Assembly (NCBI GenBank): GCA_951406725.2
Contig: OX597816.1
Coordinates: forward strand, 31,434,001-31,498,000
DNA length: 64,000 nt
Direction of reading: 5' to 3'
Source of the DNA: Octopus vulgaris
Taxonomy: Eukaryota
In this document: positions 41,101-55,532 of the stretch, one piece after another
Layout: every line of letters begins with the position of its first letter
Numbering within the stretch: the stretch's first letter is position 1
Notes under the pieces: generated by a model
Seen by the model: only the letters and a program-made list of their open reading frames with translations
The model's database searches: none
What the model was told of the DNA's origin: nothing
Program-made: the position numbers and the translations under genes

Positions 41101-42749
41101 ATTGACATCAGTATATTATAAGTATACATTTTATGAATCTGAAATTATGATGTCAAAAGTAATGTAAAATTGGTATCGATGTCATTAGACCCGTTTTCGA
41201 GAGTAACGAGAACAATGGTCAACAATGTCAACACATAATGCAAGTGAAAAAAGAAAATCACATTTTACGAAATTGAGCACTTATTTTGTTCAGCACTGAA
41301 TTCATCTTTAGTGAGATAAAGTGAAATAAGTTTGGATGTTTGCGTTCCACGTTCAAATAATACTAAATAATTATTTCTCGATTCTTCCATTTGCATTTCG
41401 TACATATATTACCATTCCGGATAAGGAGAGTGGAACAAAAGCTAAATCCGTTGAGAGGATGCGATGCTATACCAGTTTTAACGCAATGTTTTCTGACTGT
41501 CCTTTCAGCGATAACTCCAGCACAAAGCTTGTACTTATGAAACACCAATGATATGAAGAAATAAAAATGGAACCTTTGTTTGCTTTCGCAGTTTCTGGTT
41601 TTCTGTATAAGCATGAAGACGTGATTACACGTTCTTCTGAAACATACAAATGCTCTGGCCTCCACTGCTGTATGGTATCACGATACTTGGTAATATTAGA
41701 TTAGTTCATACTTCCAGCAAGTTCTATGTAAACGTCCTTAATAACCACGCACATTCTATATATAATGTATGCGCATTCTATATATAATGTGTGTATGCGT
41801 ATGTGTACGTGTGTGTATGTGTGTGTGTGTATGTTTATATTTCTATGCTTTTGTACTTTTTCGTTAAATAGAAGACTGCGACAACAAGGAGACCGCTTAT
41901 TTAAAATTAGTATTGCTTTATCGAAATAATCACGAAGTTGAAGCGAAATATTCATATAAATACCATTTTTCGCCCATTGAAAATACTAAAGAATTAACAT
42001 TTCACTTGACTTGTGTTATTTCTTTTAATCTGTTCTTGCCTCTACTTCTTCATAGTGCATTGCATATGTATAGTTCTTTTCATCTGCAAATATCAGATTC
42101 GACTATAAAAACTATTGCTTCTAGTCAGCAAATTATGAAATTTATGATTACTGCATTGGCACTTTCAGATATTTTTCGATATATTTCATTATACTGTGCA
42201 CAAATAGCATTTCGTATATAATAAAACTATTCGAAATGGAGAATTTTAACCGTTTCAACAAGTAAAAGCATTTTGTGATTTCACATCTAAAAGTTTGAAA
42301 TTAAATTATATCATTGGCTGGTAATAATTCGCTATGTGATAAACTTTTAATGCTTAATAAAATCAGAAATTCTAAGTAAGAAATCTGTTGAAAGCAGAGC
42401 ACATTTTTTCATCGATCCTACATATTAAGTCACAGTCAACATTTATTCGAATGTACAAATGCCTATGTATTATACTTATATTAGTTATAACAATATTTCT
42501 CTTTATACTGACTCGCAATATAATTGTTTGGTATATATCGGCCTTATTATTTGCTAAATATTCTACTTGTCATTGAAGCTTGTTTTACAAGGACAAATTC
42601 TACAAAACTAAACGTTTCCAATTTTCTATGCGAATGTACTAATAAGTTTTTATGTAAGTATCATAAATAGAATCACTTTCTATCAACGCCATATAGAGCG
42701 GTACTTCAAACTTTAATATTGCAAATGTAAATTTTCATCTGTATACTCT

Positions 42750-42920
42750 GGGGAGGAGATAACTCAATTACATCAACCCGAGTTTTCAACTCATATTTTC
42801 CTTATATACTTTGAAGAGATGAAAAGCGAGGCCACCCTCAGCGGAATTTGAACTCAGAATATAAATACGGACGGAATGCCTCGCAGCATTTTGCTGGGTT
42901 TGCTAACGGTTCTACCAATG
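42750..42920 (-). mobile_element. Degenerate SINE fragment (family of 21235/60975)
   Basis: GCGGAATTTGAACTCAGAA is the reverse complement of TTCTGAGTTCAAATTCCGC; CTAACGGTTCTACCA corresponds to the head. Confidence 0.7.
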
Positions 42921-42921
42921 C

Positions 42922-42995
<74 letters not shown>

Positions 42996-43019
42996 GATAA
43001 TAATGATAATGATAATAAT

Positions 43020-44520
43020 ACAAAGAGGTATTTGAAGGGGACGGCATCAAACATTCAGTGATGTGGAAAAGGATGAAAAGAGAATGTTAGTGCAGGGTAA
43101 GGATAATACTCAGGACAGACGAATACAAGAAACGGGATCGAAACGCTCAATACTTTAGCTTAACCGGACGTGACTTACAGTTTCAATATCATTAACTGGT
43201 AAATTACTGATGGGAAAGTCCGAAAACTTTTGACAGCGTATAGAATACACCACCCTAAGGCAGATATAGAACGACTTTATCTACCAAGAAAATAGGTAGC
43301 CATGAACTTTTACATATGGAATTAGCAATGAAGATTGCTACAATTGAGCTAAATACCTACCTGAAAATCTCTGTGAACTGGATGCTAAAACTTATCTTAA
43401 ATCATAATAACAAGAAAGTGTCATACTCAGTAAGGAAACATGCACAGGAATATCTAAGTGAATTCCGTATACAACAAATCCCAGAATTAGACGTACTAGA
43501 AAGAAGCACAGAAAAAGCTAAGTGTATGAAAACCCGTGTTAAAAATACTTAGATATTTTTACTGATAAAGGGCAAGACAAAAACCCTCTATGGCGAATAT
43601 CCAAAGAGAGCTAAGTGTGCCGAAGTTGACAAAGCACTTACCCATCAAGTATTAATGTCTTCTGGCATAAAAGGAGAAATATAAGGGTTTATAATAGCAG
43701 CCCAAGATGAATGCCTACATACACGGAACTACCAGGTCAACATATTAAAGGACGGCAGTCGCCAAGCATGTCACGTTGTCTCCATGTGCAGTCATTTTGC
43801 GCATAAAAAGTATCTCGGCATGCATGATAGAGCAGCACAATATATTCACTGAGTAATTTGTAAAAACATGGACCTGCTCTATGATAAAAAATAACTTCGG
43901 GGAACACAAACCATCTCCAGTGGTTGAAAATGACCGCATTTCACTCCTCTGGAGCTTCTCCATTGAAACAGACAGAAAGAATGATGCAAACGTGTCAGAT
44001 TTTATATTGAAAAACTGCAGACAAATATCATGTCTCCTTATTGATATGACTGTACCAGCCGACATAAATGTATCGGTCAAAACCCACCAAATACTGAGCA
44101 AGTATAAAGATCTTGAAATAGAAATTGGAAAAATCTGGAACATCAAGACTAAAACTATACCTGTTGTCAGACTAAAACTATACCCTAGGAATGATAGCAG
44201 AAGTGGCCGATTCCTACCTAGCTCAGATAACAGGAAATCCCTAAATGGCAGAAATTCAAAAGTTATTTCTCATGGGAACTGCACATATCCTACGTAAAAT
44301 ACTGTCTATGTAATCTCAAATTTTGAAACAAACTCATAATGTTCTTATGTTTTCTTAAACATTCTCTATAACAATACTATGAGAACAACTAAATATATGA
44401 CACCCTAGGCATAATACCAGCATGAATGTCTAAACTTGTTTCTCTTGCGGTCTCTGGATAAGACTTGGAGTCAATTTGTACTAATACAAATCAAATGTCC
44501 GACATATAACAAAAGGAATA
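43020..44520 (+). mobile_element. R4/Dong-like LINE 3' half, starting right after (AAT)n/(GATAAT)n tract
   Basis: IHHPKADIERLYLPR; GFIIAAQDECLHTRNYQ; LLWSFSIETDRK..CLLIDMTVPAD..LSKYKDLEIEIGKIW; MGTAHILRKILSM* ending at 44313. Confidence 0.9.
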
Positions 44521-44559
44521 TTTAAAACATTGTAATAATAGACATGACGATAATAGATC

Positions 44560-45965
44560 AAGAAAAACGAAAATTATTGATAAGGGAAACCGAAGTAGCT
44601 TATCGACACATGATACTCGTTTGATTCCACGATCGTCAAGAAATTGGGAATAAAAAAATACAATCCATAAAAATTTTAAATACGACGAATTTGGATCAAG
44701 CAAACAATAAAGGACATGCTTATAATAACTGTTGCAACAAAAAAGAATATCATGGTGCTGACTAGAGAGAGCGTGAGGAAGTGGGATTGGATGAAGTTGA
44801 AGAGCGGAAATGAGAAGCAATAGGAACAGAAGATTTAAGATATGTTTTTACGAAGTCTCAGTAACGGAAATCATTTGGACTAGACCGGATTCCTAATTTC
44901 TGGCTGAAGTATTTTATAGAAGTACACTAAAATTTCCCTGCATCTCTAATTGATGTCATCTTGAGCAAAGGCCTGCATGCCTCACTGTAGGATCATCACA
45001 CTTTCTACCAAAAACTGAAGATACAAAACATCCAAAGAAGTTCCGACCTATAACATGTCGCAACACCACCTGCATATCGATACTACCTCATAATTATGCT
45101 ACCTGCTTTCCTTGAGCAGAGCTGCATCCTTCCACAAGCTCAAAAAGGTTGTGAAAGTAATTTTAGGGGTGTAAACCTCAATTCGTCATAAATACAAAGA
45201 TCGCAGAGAATTGACGATACAAAAAAGTAGATCCTGAGCAAAGCATTGATAAACTGAAGGAAAGCATTTGATAGTGTCCCATATATTAGGCTACTCAAGG
45301 GCCCTGAGATATACAAGCTCTCCCCTGTCGTGTACAGATTCTGAAATTGTAGCACGGCCAAGTGGAACACACGTCTTCTAAAACATAGTAATGGAATGAA
45401 CCATCAAACGAGACATCTTTGAAGGGGACTACCTCTCCCCAGAAAACCTTTGTATGGCACTGATTCCACTCGCAAACAAACTGTAAAACAGTACAGCAAT
45501 ACTATCGGGATGGATTTTGGCCATCAAAAGCAAATTTTGTAAGAAGTAATCTCAGACAAACAGTTTCCATTAAATTAGTTATTGTCTCTTCCGTCAAGGA
45601 GCTTCGTCCACAAGAAAGATATAAATACCTGAGTATAAACGTAGATGGCATACAACATGGGACTATTAAGGAAGAAATAAAAAAAGGAGTATTACGAGAG
45701 AATAAAACATACTGAAATCTGAACTCAACTCGAAACATCGATGTCACTAACACCCTTGCACTACCATGTCATCCAATACAGATTTGACCTCCTTAACTGG
45801 AATCTTACAAGGATCCGACAAGAAAACTACTGACATCTAAGCAGACGTTGATTGTCTGTACCTACCTTGAAGTTGTGGGAGAAGAGGAAGGATGCGGGTA
45901 GAACTGTTCTATAAGAGCCTAAAATAGCAAGGAAGCGATAATTATCTAGTACAAAAGACTAGATA
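44560..45965 (+). mobile_element. R4/Dong-like LINE RT region, decayed with deletions
   Basis: KAFDSVP (~45260), RDIFEGDYLSP (cf. RGIFQGDSLSP), RYKYLSINVDGIQHG and ILKSELNS. Confidence 0.8.
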
Positions 45966-45974
45966 CTACAATGT

Positions 45975-47440
45975 GGGAAGACAATCCCATCATTGAACCA
46001 TCTTCTGTTTACTGGTGGCCTGAAGTTTCTTGGGAAATCTGACAAAAATGATAGTTTCCTTAAACAAAACAGTTCACAACAGTGGTAGGGACATTGGTAT
46101 GGAATTTGGGATCACTAAATGCTCAGTACTTAATACGAAAAAGGGAAGGGATCAGCCTGCAGAGGATTGCGGTTTTCATCAGGAAAGAGCATGGGTGAAC
46201 CCCACGGTAGGGGATAAAAATAATTAGGGATTTTAGAGCTGAGTGACAGAGAAATGAAAGTCAAGGTCAGCGAGGCGTATCAGAAAAGGGTGAAGATGGT
46301 GTTGAAATCTAACTTGAATGCCAAAAATTTGGTCACCGCAGTGAAAATCTGTGCAGTTGCAGCGGTCATATATAGTGCGTTAATCCTCAAATGGATTAAG
46401 GAGGAAATATCATCACTGGATATAAGGACGGGAAAGTTGAGGACGTTGCATGGGGCACTACACCCTAAAGCAAGTCTATATGAAAAGAACGAATGGTGGC
46501 AGAGGATTAATTAATATAAGGAATGAAAGGAGAATGCTTGTCGAGTATTTGATAAATGGTGATGAAGACTTACTGACATATGCCGGGAAAGATATGAGTG
46601 TAAATGCAGATGAAATGATGGACAAGTCAGAGTTTAACGAAAGAACTGAGGAGAATACAAAGGAAGACCCTCATGAAATGAGAATGCACCAACAGTTTGA
46701 AAGGAATGCATAAGACGATAATACAGCATAGAGGGCATGGCTTGAGCGAGGTGATGTGAAGCGAACCACTGAAAGCCTGATCATTGCTACACAAAGTCAG
46801 GCTCTCCTACCAATTCAGTGAAGTATAACATCTATAAAATTTCTGACACCTAGAAATGCAGACTCTCTGGAAAGGGTGTGGAAAATGTGACCCACTTGGT
46901 AAGTGGGGGCGAGCGCCTTGCAGAAAAAGAATACAAGCGCCACCACGATAAAGTGTCTGTGTATTTTCATTGGCACTTATGCCGTAAATACAAATATGAA
47001 GTAACAGAGAACTAGTATGGTCATGTACCAAGTAAAGGTATGCAGCAGGATTGAAAAGTAACGATACTTTGTGACTAAGATTTTCAGACGGATCGTGTAA
47101 TAAAAATGCGTCGGCCGGATATTGTCATATTGAGTAAGGGTGACAAATAATGTCAGATCATTGATGTAACCATACCAAACAAGATGAATGTTGTGAGTAA
47201 AGTAGTTGAAAGAAAACATCGAGTACACCGAATTGAAAGTCTACAGGGCAAGAGTGTATGGAATGCGAGATTGTAATGTATGAGTGATGCCGGTGGTGAT
47301 CGAAGCGTTGCGTTGAAATACCATTGAATCTTCAAGATTAAGGGTGCATCTTAAGGGAAGTATTAGCTGTCTGGGTTCCTTGCTGTGACTTGACAGATGA
47401 CTAAAACCCTGTGTATTTTACCTACACTCTGTTACGAAAT
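45975..47440 (+). mobile_element. R4/Dong-like LINE, RT to 3' end, terminating in (AAT)n
   Basis: LNHLLFTGGLK, DIGMEFGITKCSVL, HGALHPK, NGGRGLI, RHDKVSVYFHWHLCRKYK, RRPDIVI. AAT tract at 47438-47578. Confidence 0.85.
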
Positions 47441-47507
47441 AATAATAATAACAACAACAACAGCAATAATAATAATGATAATGATAAAAATAATGATGAT
47501 GATGATG

Positions 47508-47574
<67 letters not shown>

Positions 47575-47599
47575 TAATGTGCCATAAACAAGCCTTGCT

Positions 47600-49600
47600 A
47601 CACATATTTGAACCAGCTGGGTATGTTTCACATTATTGAAAATGGACTCACGAATCAGAGAAGAATAATTCTAAATAGGGGCTTTTTAAATTAGGCTTAG
47701 ATTCAGACATTCAGGAAGACTCAGTAGTGGTTAAAATCTTGAGAAGAAGAACGTAGATGAAGATCAGCAAATGCGTAGGCATGGTCAAGTTGTGGTGAAA
47801 GAGAGACCGGCCAATCAAATAATGTAGAAAACACTGAAGTAAGAAAGGATGTGAACGAGGAACAGAGAAGCCTCAGAGAAAGACTCGAGTATATTAGAAT
47901 TACAAGTACAGAGGCCAGTCGGTGAATCAGACAAGCTTCGACTGTAACACTGTAAAACTCGCGACCCAAAAAGTTGAGATTCTGAAAGACATTCTGCCAA
48001 AAGATCTAACAGAAACAAGGGACGTGGTCAAATCCGCTTCATTTTTTGTAAGTGAATTTTTAGGTAAGAAGAAGAGGAAAGTAGATGAATAGAAGGAAGC
48101 ATGGTGGGAGCCAAGAAATGAAGGCGATATTCTAAGTTAACGGAAAGATCTGATCCGCAGAGAAGATAGGTAAAGGACAATGGAAAAATGGAAAAAAGTA
48201 CATGGGCATATCTTGATGCACAGACCGAAAGAGAAAAAAAAAACAATTCAAAGCTGTCATCGAAATACTAATACAAGGTATGCAGGCTAAAAACATAAAA
48301 GGTGAAGCGTCACACTGATCGCATTTCGCATTTCCATCAAAACCGTCTATTCGGAAAGAACCAGAGGCAGTTATTTTAAGGGCTTAGGAGGAAACACAGA
48401 AGATAATTTACCTCCTGAAGCCGAAGAAACACACCAATTTTGAAATAGCATATGGAGATGAGACATTTTGTAAAACCAAAGAGCTGAAGGGATTTATTCC
48501 CTAAGATCAGAAATCTATCACTCGGACGCTCCACGACAGGACCAAGTACTCATAACAGCAGAAGATGTCCTTGCCCAGGTATGAAAACTGCCAAACTAGA
48601 AAGCAACTGGGCATGACATAATTTAGGGCTACTGGCTGAAGTTGTTTAGGTTAATACAGAAGAGAACTGCGTTGCAATTAGACAATTGCCTACAAAGCGG
48701 TACAGTTCCGGAGTGGATGATAGAGGGAAGAATGACATTGTTAATGAAAGATTGGTCAAAGGGCAATTAGGTTGGCAATCTCTGACACATTGCTTGTCTT
48801 CACCGCCTATGGAAATAATTACCAGGTACCCTAACAGTAAAAATATATACCTTCCTTGCGGAAAACAATCTTCTGCCAGTAGAACAAAAGGGATGCTGAA
48901 AAGAATCCAAGGGCTCCACAGACCACATTGTGATAGACAAGATTATAATGAAGAACTGTAAACGGTCCCAAAAACTAAGGCATGGCCTGGGAATGTTGAC
49001 GCATTCGTGGATTTTGGGAACACTCGACATGTGTGGAACAGCAGAGCACGTTTGTGCACTGATTAAGTAGAGCATGCCTAGTTGGAAAACGCATCAATCA
49101 AAAACGGTAACTTCAAACGAAACACATGTTCACCTCTATTATTTGTTATAGACTGGATTCCACTTTCTGTAGTCCTACGTAAAACAAACGTGCACTATGA
49201 GCTGAGAATGAACGGACCTCAGCTCAACAACCTTCTCTTCATAGGCAATTTAAAACTGTTCGCAAAATCAGAGCCTGAAAGAGAGCAACTAGTTGAGACA
49301 GAAAATGTGCACCAAGTATATAGAGATGGAGTTCGGTATCTCGAAGTGTGCGATGCTTACTTGCAAGCTGAGGGAAGAGTAAATAGTATGAGCATAGAAT
49401 TGTCAAACAGAAAGAGAATAGAAGACTGGGATGGCTGTGAGAATAAGTACTTTGGGATCCTGGAGCTGCACAATATCTTGCAAAGAAAAATGAAATACAA
49501 GGTGACTGCATATTTCAGGCGCCTCATACGTCTCTAGAAATCGAATATCGACTCAAGGAACATTGTGACTGCCATAAAAATATGGGCTACAGAAATGTCT
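47600..49600 (+). mobile_element. R4/Dong-like LINE, N-terminal to RT region, decayed
   Basis: KATGHDII*GYWLK, LPVEQKGC, NTCSPLLFVI, QLNNLLFIGNLKLFAK, KYFGILE. Confidence 0.8.
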
Positions 49601-49919
49601 CTGAACGCAAATTGTTACTGTAATAATTTCCGGTCACAGTTAAATTTCTCATGCCATGAAAATTAACTGAAATTACCACATGAGCTTGCGGAAAAAAAAA
49701 GGAAATGTACTATGAATGTTAATTTTACATTTAATTTTAATAATAGCTCTTTTTCTTTGTACTTATTCCATTTTAATAAAAAAAATAAATAAGGAGTTTT
49801 CAAAAACCGATATTTGTAAGACAAACCAAAACATTCTACTTTTAATATATTTGTGTAAAAGAAAATTAAAATGTACCAAATTTGAAGAATGTAGCATTTT
49901 CGTCCTTCTTTATCATTAT

Positions 49920-50652
<733 letters not shown>

Positions 50653-50817
50653 TGCTATCGCCATATTAATATGGCAATCTTATAGATATAAGACTAAAAG
50701 CTGTCGCTGATTAGCTCCATGAGGCCATCGCCTTAAGATAGCTATAAGACACAGAAACTGTGTCCATTAGAAACTTCGAACAAGGGAGGTCAGCCGCTTC
50801 ACACTGCTAGTCAGACA

Positions 50818-50860
50818 GCTACCGACGCGTTTCAGGGTATTTGCCCCTTGTCAATGTAGC
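50818..50860 (-). ncRNA. Minimal type I hammerhead motif, U3-A8 core variant, in a pLTR-like fragment (~50655-50995)
   Basis: Minus strand reads GCTACA TTGACAA GGGG CAAATA CCCT GAAA CGCG TC^ GGTAGC. Stem III is the palindrome ACGCGT. Stem I extends (CTGCTAGTC../..GACTTAGCAG on +). Confidence 0.75.
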
Positions 50861-51067
50861 GTAGTCGACTTAGCAGGTGTCGCCACTGATCGTATCTGTT
50901 CGAAGGTTCTGTTTACCTCTTTTCGGTGGAATACATCCACATGTTTTCAATAATAGAAATATTAAAATTACTAAGTCTCTCTAAAAGAGATTACGTACAT
51001 ATGTATATATATGGTTATATATATGTATATATCTATGTATGTATATACACACACACACATACACACA

Positions 51068-51146
<79 letters not shown>

Positions 51147-51151
51147 ATATA

Positions 51152-52080
51152 TATTGGTTTGTCCGGAAAGTTCGTGCCGATTTTTAAAGAAAAAATGTCA
51201 ATAAATACTTGCCATTACATTTTTGATCAACGAAATCTCAACCATTTTCTTGCACAATGCGTCTCTATTTTTCCTTTACCTTGAAAATCCCCTCTTCACA
51301 TAATTGAGGTAGTTTCAGGGCAAAGAATTCATCCAGAAATATTTTTTCGTCATGGAAGGAATTGAAATCTGAAGGAACCAATATCAGGTGAATATGGAGG
51401 ATGGGGTAACACATCCCAGCCGACCTGCAGCTGTTTTTGTCTTGTTCCCAAAAATACGTACTGTCTTGCATTATCATGTTGGAAAATAACACCCTTCCTG
51501 TTGGCCAATTCTGGACGTTTCTGCTTTTGACTCGTCCAGTTGTGTGCTGTATTTCTCACAATTAATTGTGTGGTTACTTGGGAGAAACTCATAGTACAGA
51601 ATTCCTTTCCAATCCGACCAGGCACAGAGCAAGACTTTTTAAACTGAAGACTCGATTTTGGGGTAGCTAAGGGTGGCTCATATCGCTTACTCTAGGTTCG
51701 CTTTCTCTGAACATTTTAGTAGATACTCCATTTCTCATCACCTGTCACAATTTGCTTTAAAAAAGGCGCGTTTTCATTTCGTGTATACAGTGAATCACAG
51801 ATGGAAATGCGATCCCAAATGCTTTTCTCACTCAACTCATGTCGTACCCAAACATCCTAGACATTTGTGTACCTACGCTTTACCAGGTGCTCATGAACGA
51901 CGGATTTTGATAGGTTGAGGCTTTCTGCAAATTCTTGGGTTGTGCAATTTGGCTGATTTTCAATTAATGACTTGATTTGGTCATCTTCTGTTGTTGATGG
52001 TCTGTCTGATCGCTCTTTATGAATAAGGCTACAATCCCCAGCTCGGAGCCTTGCTAACACCTTCCGTACCGTTCTTTCGG
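51152..52080 (-). mobile_element. Mariner transposon relic (one TIR visible)
   Basis: TA|TTGGTTTGTCCGGAAAGTTCGTGCCGATTTT terminus. Fragments SERTVRKVLARLRAGD..RPSTTEDDQIKSLIE, KRPELANRKGVIFQHDNAR and GWDVLPHPPYSPDI. Confidence 0.92.
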
Positions 52081-52119
52081 ATATATATCCATATATATGC
52101 CATGTTGATTCGCTAGCTT

Positions 52120-52296
52120 GTGCACGCATTTTTTTCTCTCCTTGTTTCTTTCCGTGTGTATCTTTCTGTTGAAGAGCGTAGGCTCGAAACGTAAAAGACT
52201 TGTTTTATTTATATTCCTGAGCGCCATACTGATACAATTGTTTGTTTGTATTCCACCTGCCTTCGTCTTTTGTTTATTTTCATAAAGCTTCCCGTT
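52120..52296 (+). mobile_element. Penelope pLTR fragment with minimal hammerhead-like variant (52161-52198)
   Basis: TCTTT CTGTTGAA GAGC GTAG GCTC GAAA CG TA AAAGA: stem I TCTTT/AAAGA, hairpin GAGC/GCTC, palindromic ACGT stem III. Homologous to 20830-20990 (-), which precedes a Penelope ORF. Confidence 0.65.
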
Positions 52297-53721
52297 ATAT
52301 ATATATATATACATATATGCATGCATGTTAGTACTTCTGTAATTACATATATTTGTGTCTAGGTCTGTATCCAGCAAGGTGCATGTTTATTGTCTTAACT
52401 CTTCCTGGAACACCATTCATATATTTGTTCACATGGAAAATTCTTATCCATGTCAAATGCGTATCTCACAGTTTTGCCGCGCAGTTCTTTAGTTCCAAAC
52501 GTTGGATGATTATGTTTTCAAACAAGTTTTTTTTTTTTCATATCCACGAATAATTTTCATTATAAGAAGAGTTAACCTTAATATATCATGTCACAGAATC
52601 AATCTTAAGATACTCAATATTCAATCTATACTCAATATTTCCACACTCTCTCAGAGCTATTTTCTCTTAGAGGACATTATTAATTTCTCTGATTCTTTCA
52701 AAAAATATTCTTCATAACTATGATATCTATTAATTCACGCTATACCAAATGTTCGCCTTTGCAATTTTGATCTATTGCATGGAAAGAACGAAATTAAATA
52801 AATGTGTCTTATACTTTATCAATTTGCTTCTAATCCTAGTCGACATTTTAATATTGTTTTTATTCATTATGCTTGGTTGGTCTCAAGTGATGGAATGACA
52901 TAATTATCATTACCTTCCGGGTCGCGTCAGACAATACCACTTCAACACGATGAATCTGAACTTAACCATGGGAAGTAATTTGACGTTAAATAAATTGCTT
53001 GAATAAAATTCATTGCAAATACACAGCTATCTAGCGGTTTAGGTGAAGATTGCTTAAACGTTTTCAAAAAACACATATAACAACTGATGTGAGATACAAA
53101 AGGGTTGTGAGGGATAAGTGTTGGAATTGGTATAAGAAGGGGTCTGGAGTAAGTAAATGGGAGACTTAGTGTAGAATCATTTGGGAGATGTATATTGAGC
53201 TGATATAAAAGCTGAAACAACTTACTGTTAGTAACCGTGTGGTATACTTCCTTCTAGACACACTAAAACGATAAGAATTGTTGAATGAAATATTAATTTT
53301 CCTGCCAATCACACGAAGACATATATATGCGTAGAAACGTCTAAAGAAGCTGAGAATAGAAATAATTATAGTAAATCGTAGAAAATTTATTTTATTTATA
53401 TGAATGTTCATTATTTGCGAAAACAATTGGATATTCTGCTAAGTTATACATTGATAATTAATACAACCATTATGTCTGCGGCATATGTAACATAAGAATC
53501 TGATTATATACTGTCAATTCAAGGGAAATTCAGGTTTCAGTTCAAATTAAGAAATCAAAGCAATAATTTATATCTACATGTGTATGTGTGTGCTTGCGTG
53601 TATACATATATGCGTACATACTTTTATCTCACTATCTATCTACCTGTCTTTCTATCAATCTATATATCTCTTATATACATAGATATATATACAAACACAT
53701 ATATAAGTAAATATATATATG

Positions 53722-53801
<80 letters not shown>

Positions 53802-53870
53802 CCAAACAAGAAAACAAACGCAAGAACGTGGAACAAATAAAGTATTATATATATATATACATATATTGAT

Positions 53871-53963
<93 letters not shown>

Positions 53964-54089
53964 TATGTGTGTATATACATATATGTATATAAGAACAAAA
54001 TTAGTGAAAAAAATACAGAAGGCTTGCGTTATAAGGTTAAAGAATACAATTTGATCGTTATGTTAGAAAAATGTTAGAAAATGTTGCGT

Positions 54090-54990
54090 ATAGTAACATA
54101 GTTTCTGGAGAAATAACCGTTTTGTATTTTTGTTTTTCAAATTTCGCAAATTTCTTTACCTATATCGTGTCATGACTTCGCAATGTTGTGAATTATTGAG
54201 TTCCAGGCAGGAGAAGGTAAGCAGAGATTTTTCCTGTATAGGGGATTATCCTTCCTTAGTACCGGTTCCCATATGCTTTTCATGTCTGCACTAGGTCAGT
54301 TTAGGAGGCTGTTGTGTCCACGCATGTGCTGCATCTTTTAGTTAACTTGAAGACTATTTTTGTTGAAGATCTTGTGTTAGTTGTGTTGAGATGGAATGTG
54401 GTTGTCTTTTAGTATTATGTATTTCTTAGCTCTGTTGGTAGCAATATTCATGCCTTAAGTTGGCTTAAACCGTAAGATTTTCCTCTGCGTCTTCTTGTAC
54501 TATTTATACTTGGTTCAATGTAGTATAAGCTAGTCATGAAATTTAACATTTCTAATAGAGCATCATAATAATGGGGGGATCTATCAATATTGATTTTGTT
54601 GGCGTATAAATCGGAAATGTGTTCGCTTAAGTTGTTAACCGTTTATTTTCTACTGCTGGGTGGTTTGAACCTATATCTATTTAAGAGGCTTTCTTGTTTG
54701 TTTTGTGGTAGGGGTTAAATATTTCCCGTGTTAAAATCAATGTTAATGTATAGAAAGTTTCTTCTTGGAGTTTTGTACTAATTCTGGTTCTAAGGCCTAT
54801 TTCGCTAAATATTTTGCATAAATATTTCCTTATTCAATTCATATCTTGTCTGTTTTTAATTGTATATAACTCTCTGTTCATCGTCCCTATGCACACAGGC
54901 TTATTGTTTTTCTGAAGGGTATCTGGGATAGAAACACCTAGAAAGTCAGCACCGTCATAGCTCCCTATTACCAATCGTCCCAATTGTTTT
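54090..54990 (-). mobile_element. Penelope-like RT relic of the YRDD type
   Basis: VIGSYDGAD (cf. VTMGSYDGAE), VHRDDE (cf. LYRDDG), NFLYINIDFNTG (cf. NFLDVTLDLxTG). Confidence 0.7.
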
Positions 54991-55243
54991 TTACCCAGGA
55001 GGGCTTATAATACAAGAGTAAATAATTCCTTATATTCATTCTTATATCTGTAACTGAAGCAAGCTTTTGGTGATCAAGGGGTGAACTCTACATTAATCCC
55101 ATAAAAAAGTGAAATGGGAAGTATTACTAAATATGTATCAGTTAATATTACAGAACATATGGGAGCACACTCAAATCATACTCAATGGATATGCACTAAT
55201 GTAACTTCTTGGATGGTTTAAGAAAACAGAAAAGCCCAAATGC

Positions 55244-55532
55244 AAATGATATCATAACGAAGATAGGTAAAGGGTATGTATATATCAGTTATAAACCTTA
55301 ATAATGAAAGATTACATAGAATCAGTTTAATATCCATTCATGTACTCAATTAACGAACTATTAGGTAGGATCTATAATGACTGCTCCTAAAATGATATCA
55401 TAAACAAATTAGGTAAAAGGCTTGTTTATATCAAATATAAACATTAAAAAGGAAGATTATATATAATCAGTTTAATATCCATTCATGTACTTAATTAATG
55501 AACAATTAGTTGGATTCTATAAAGACAGCTCC
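55244..55532. repeat. Diverged tandem duplication, ~146-bp period
   Basis: AAATGATATCATAA at 55244 and 55390; both copies share AATCAGTTTAATATCCATTCATGTACT. Confidence 0.9.

Noticed and set aside
55244-55532. Alternative genetic code (TAA as sense) or ciliate contamination suggested by conserved in-frame TAA
   Set aside because: The frame is not maintained within or between copies, and the flanks are typical host repeats.
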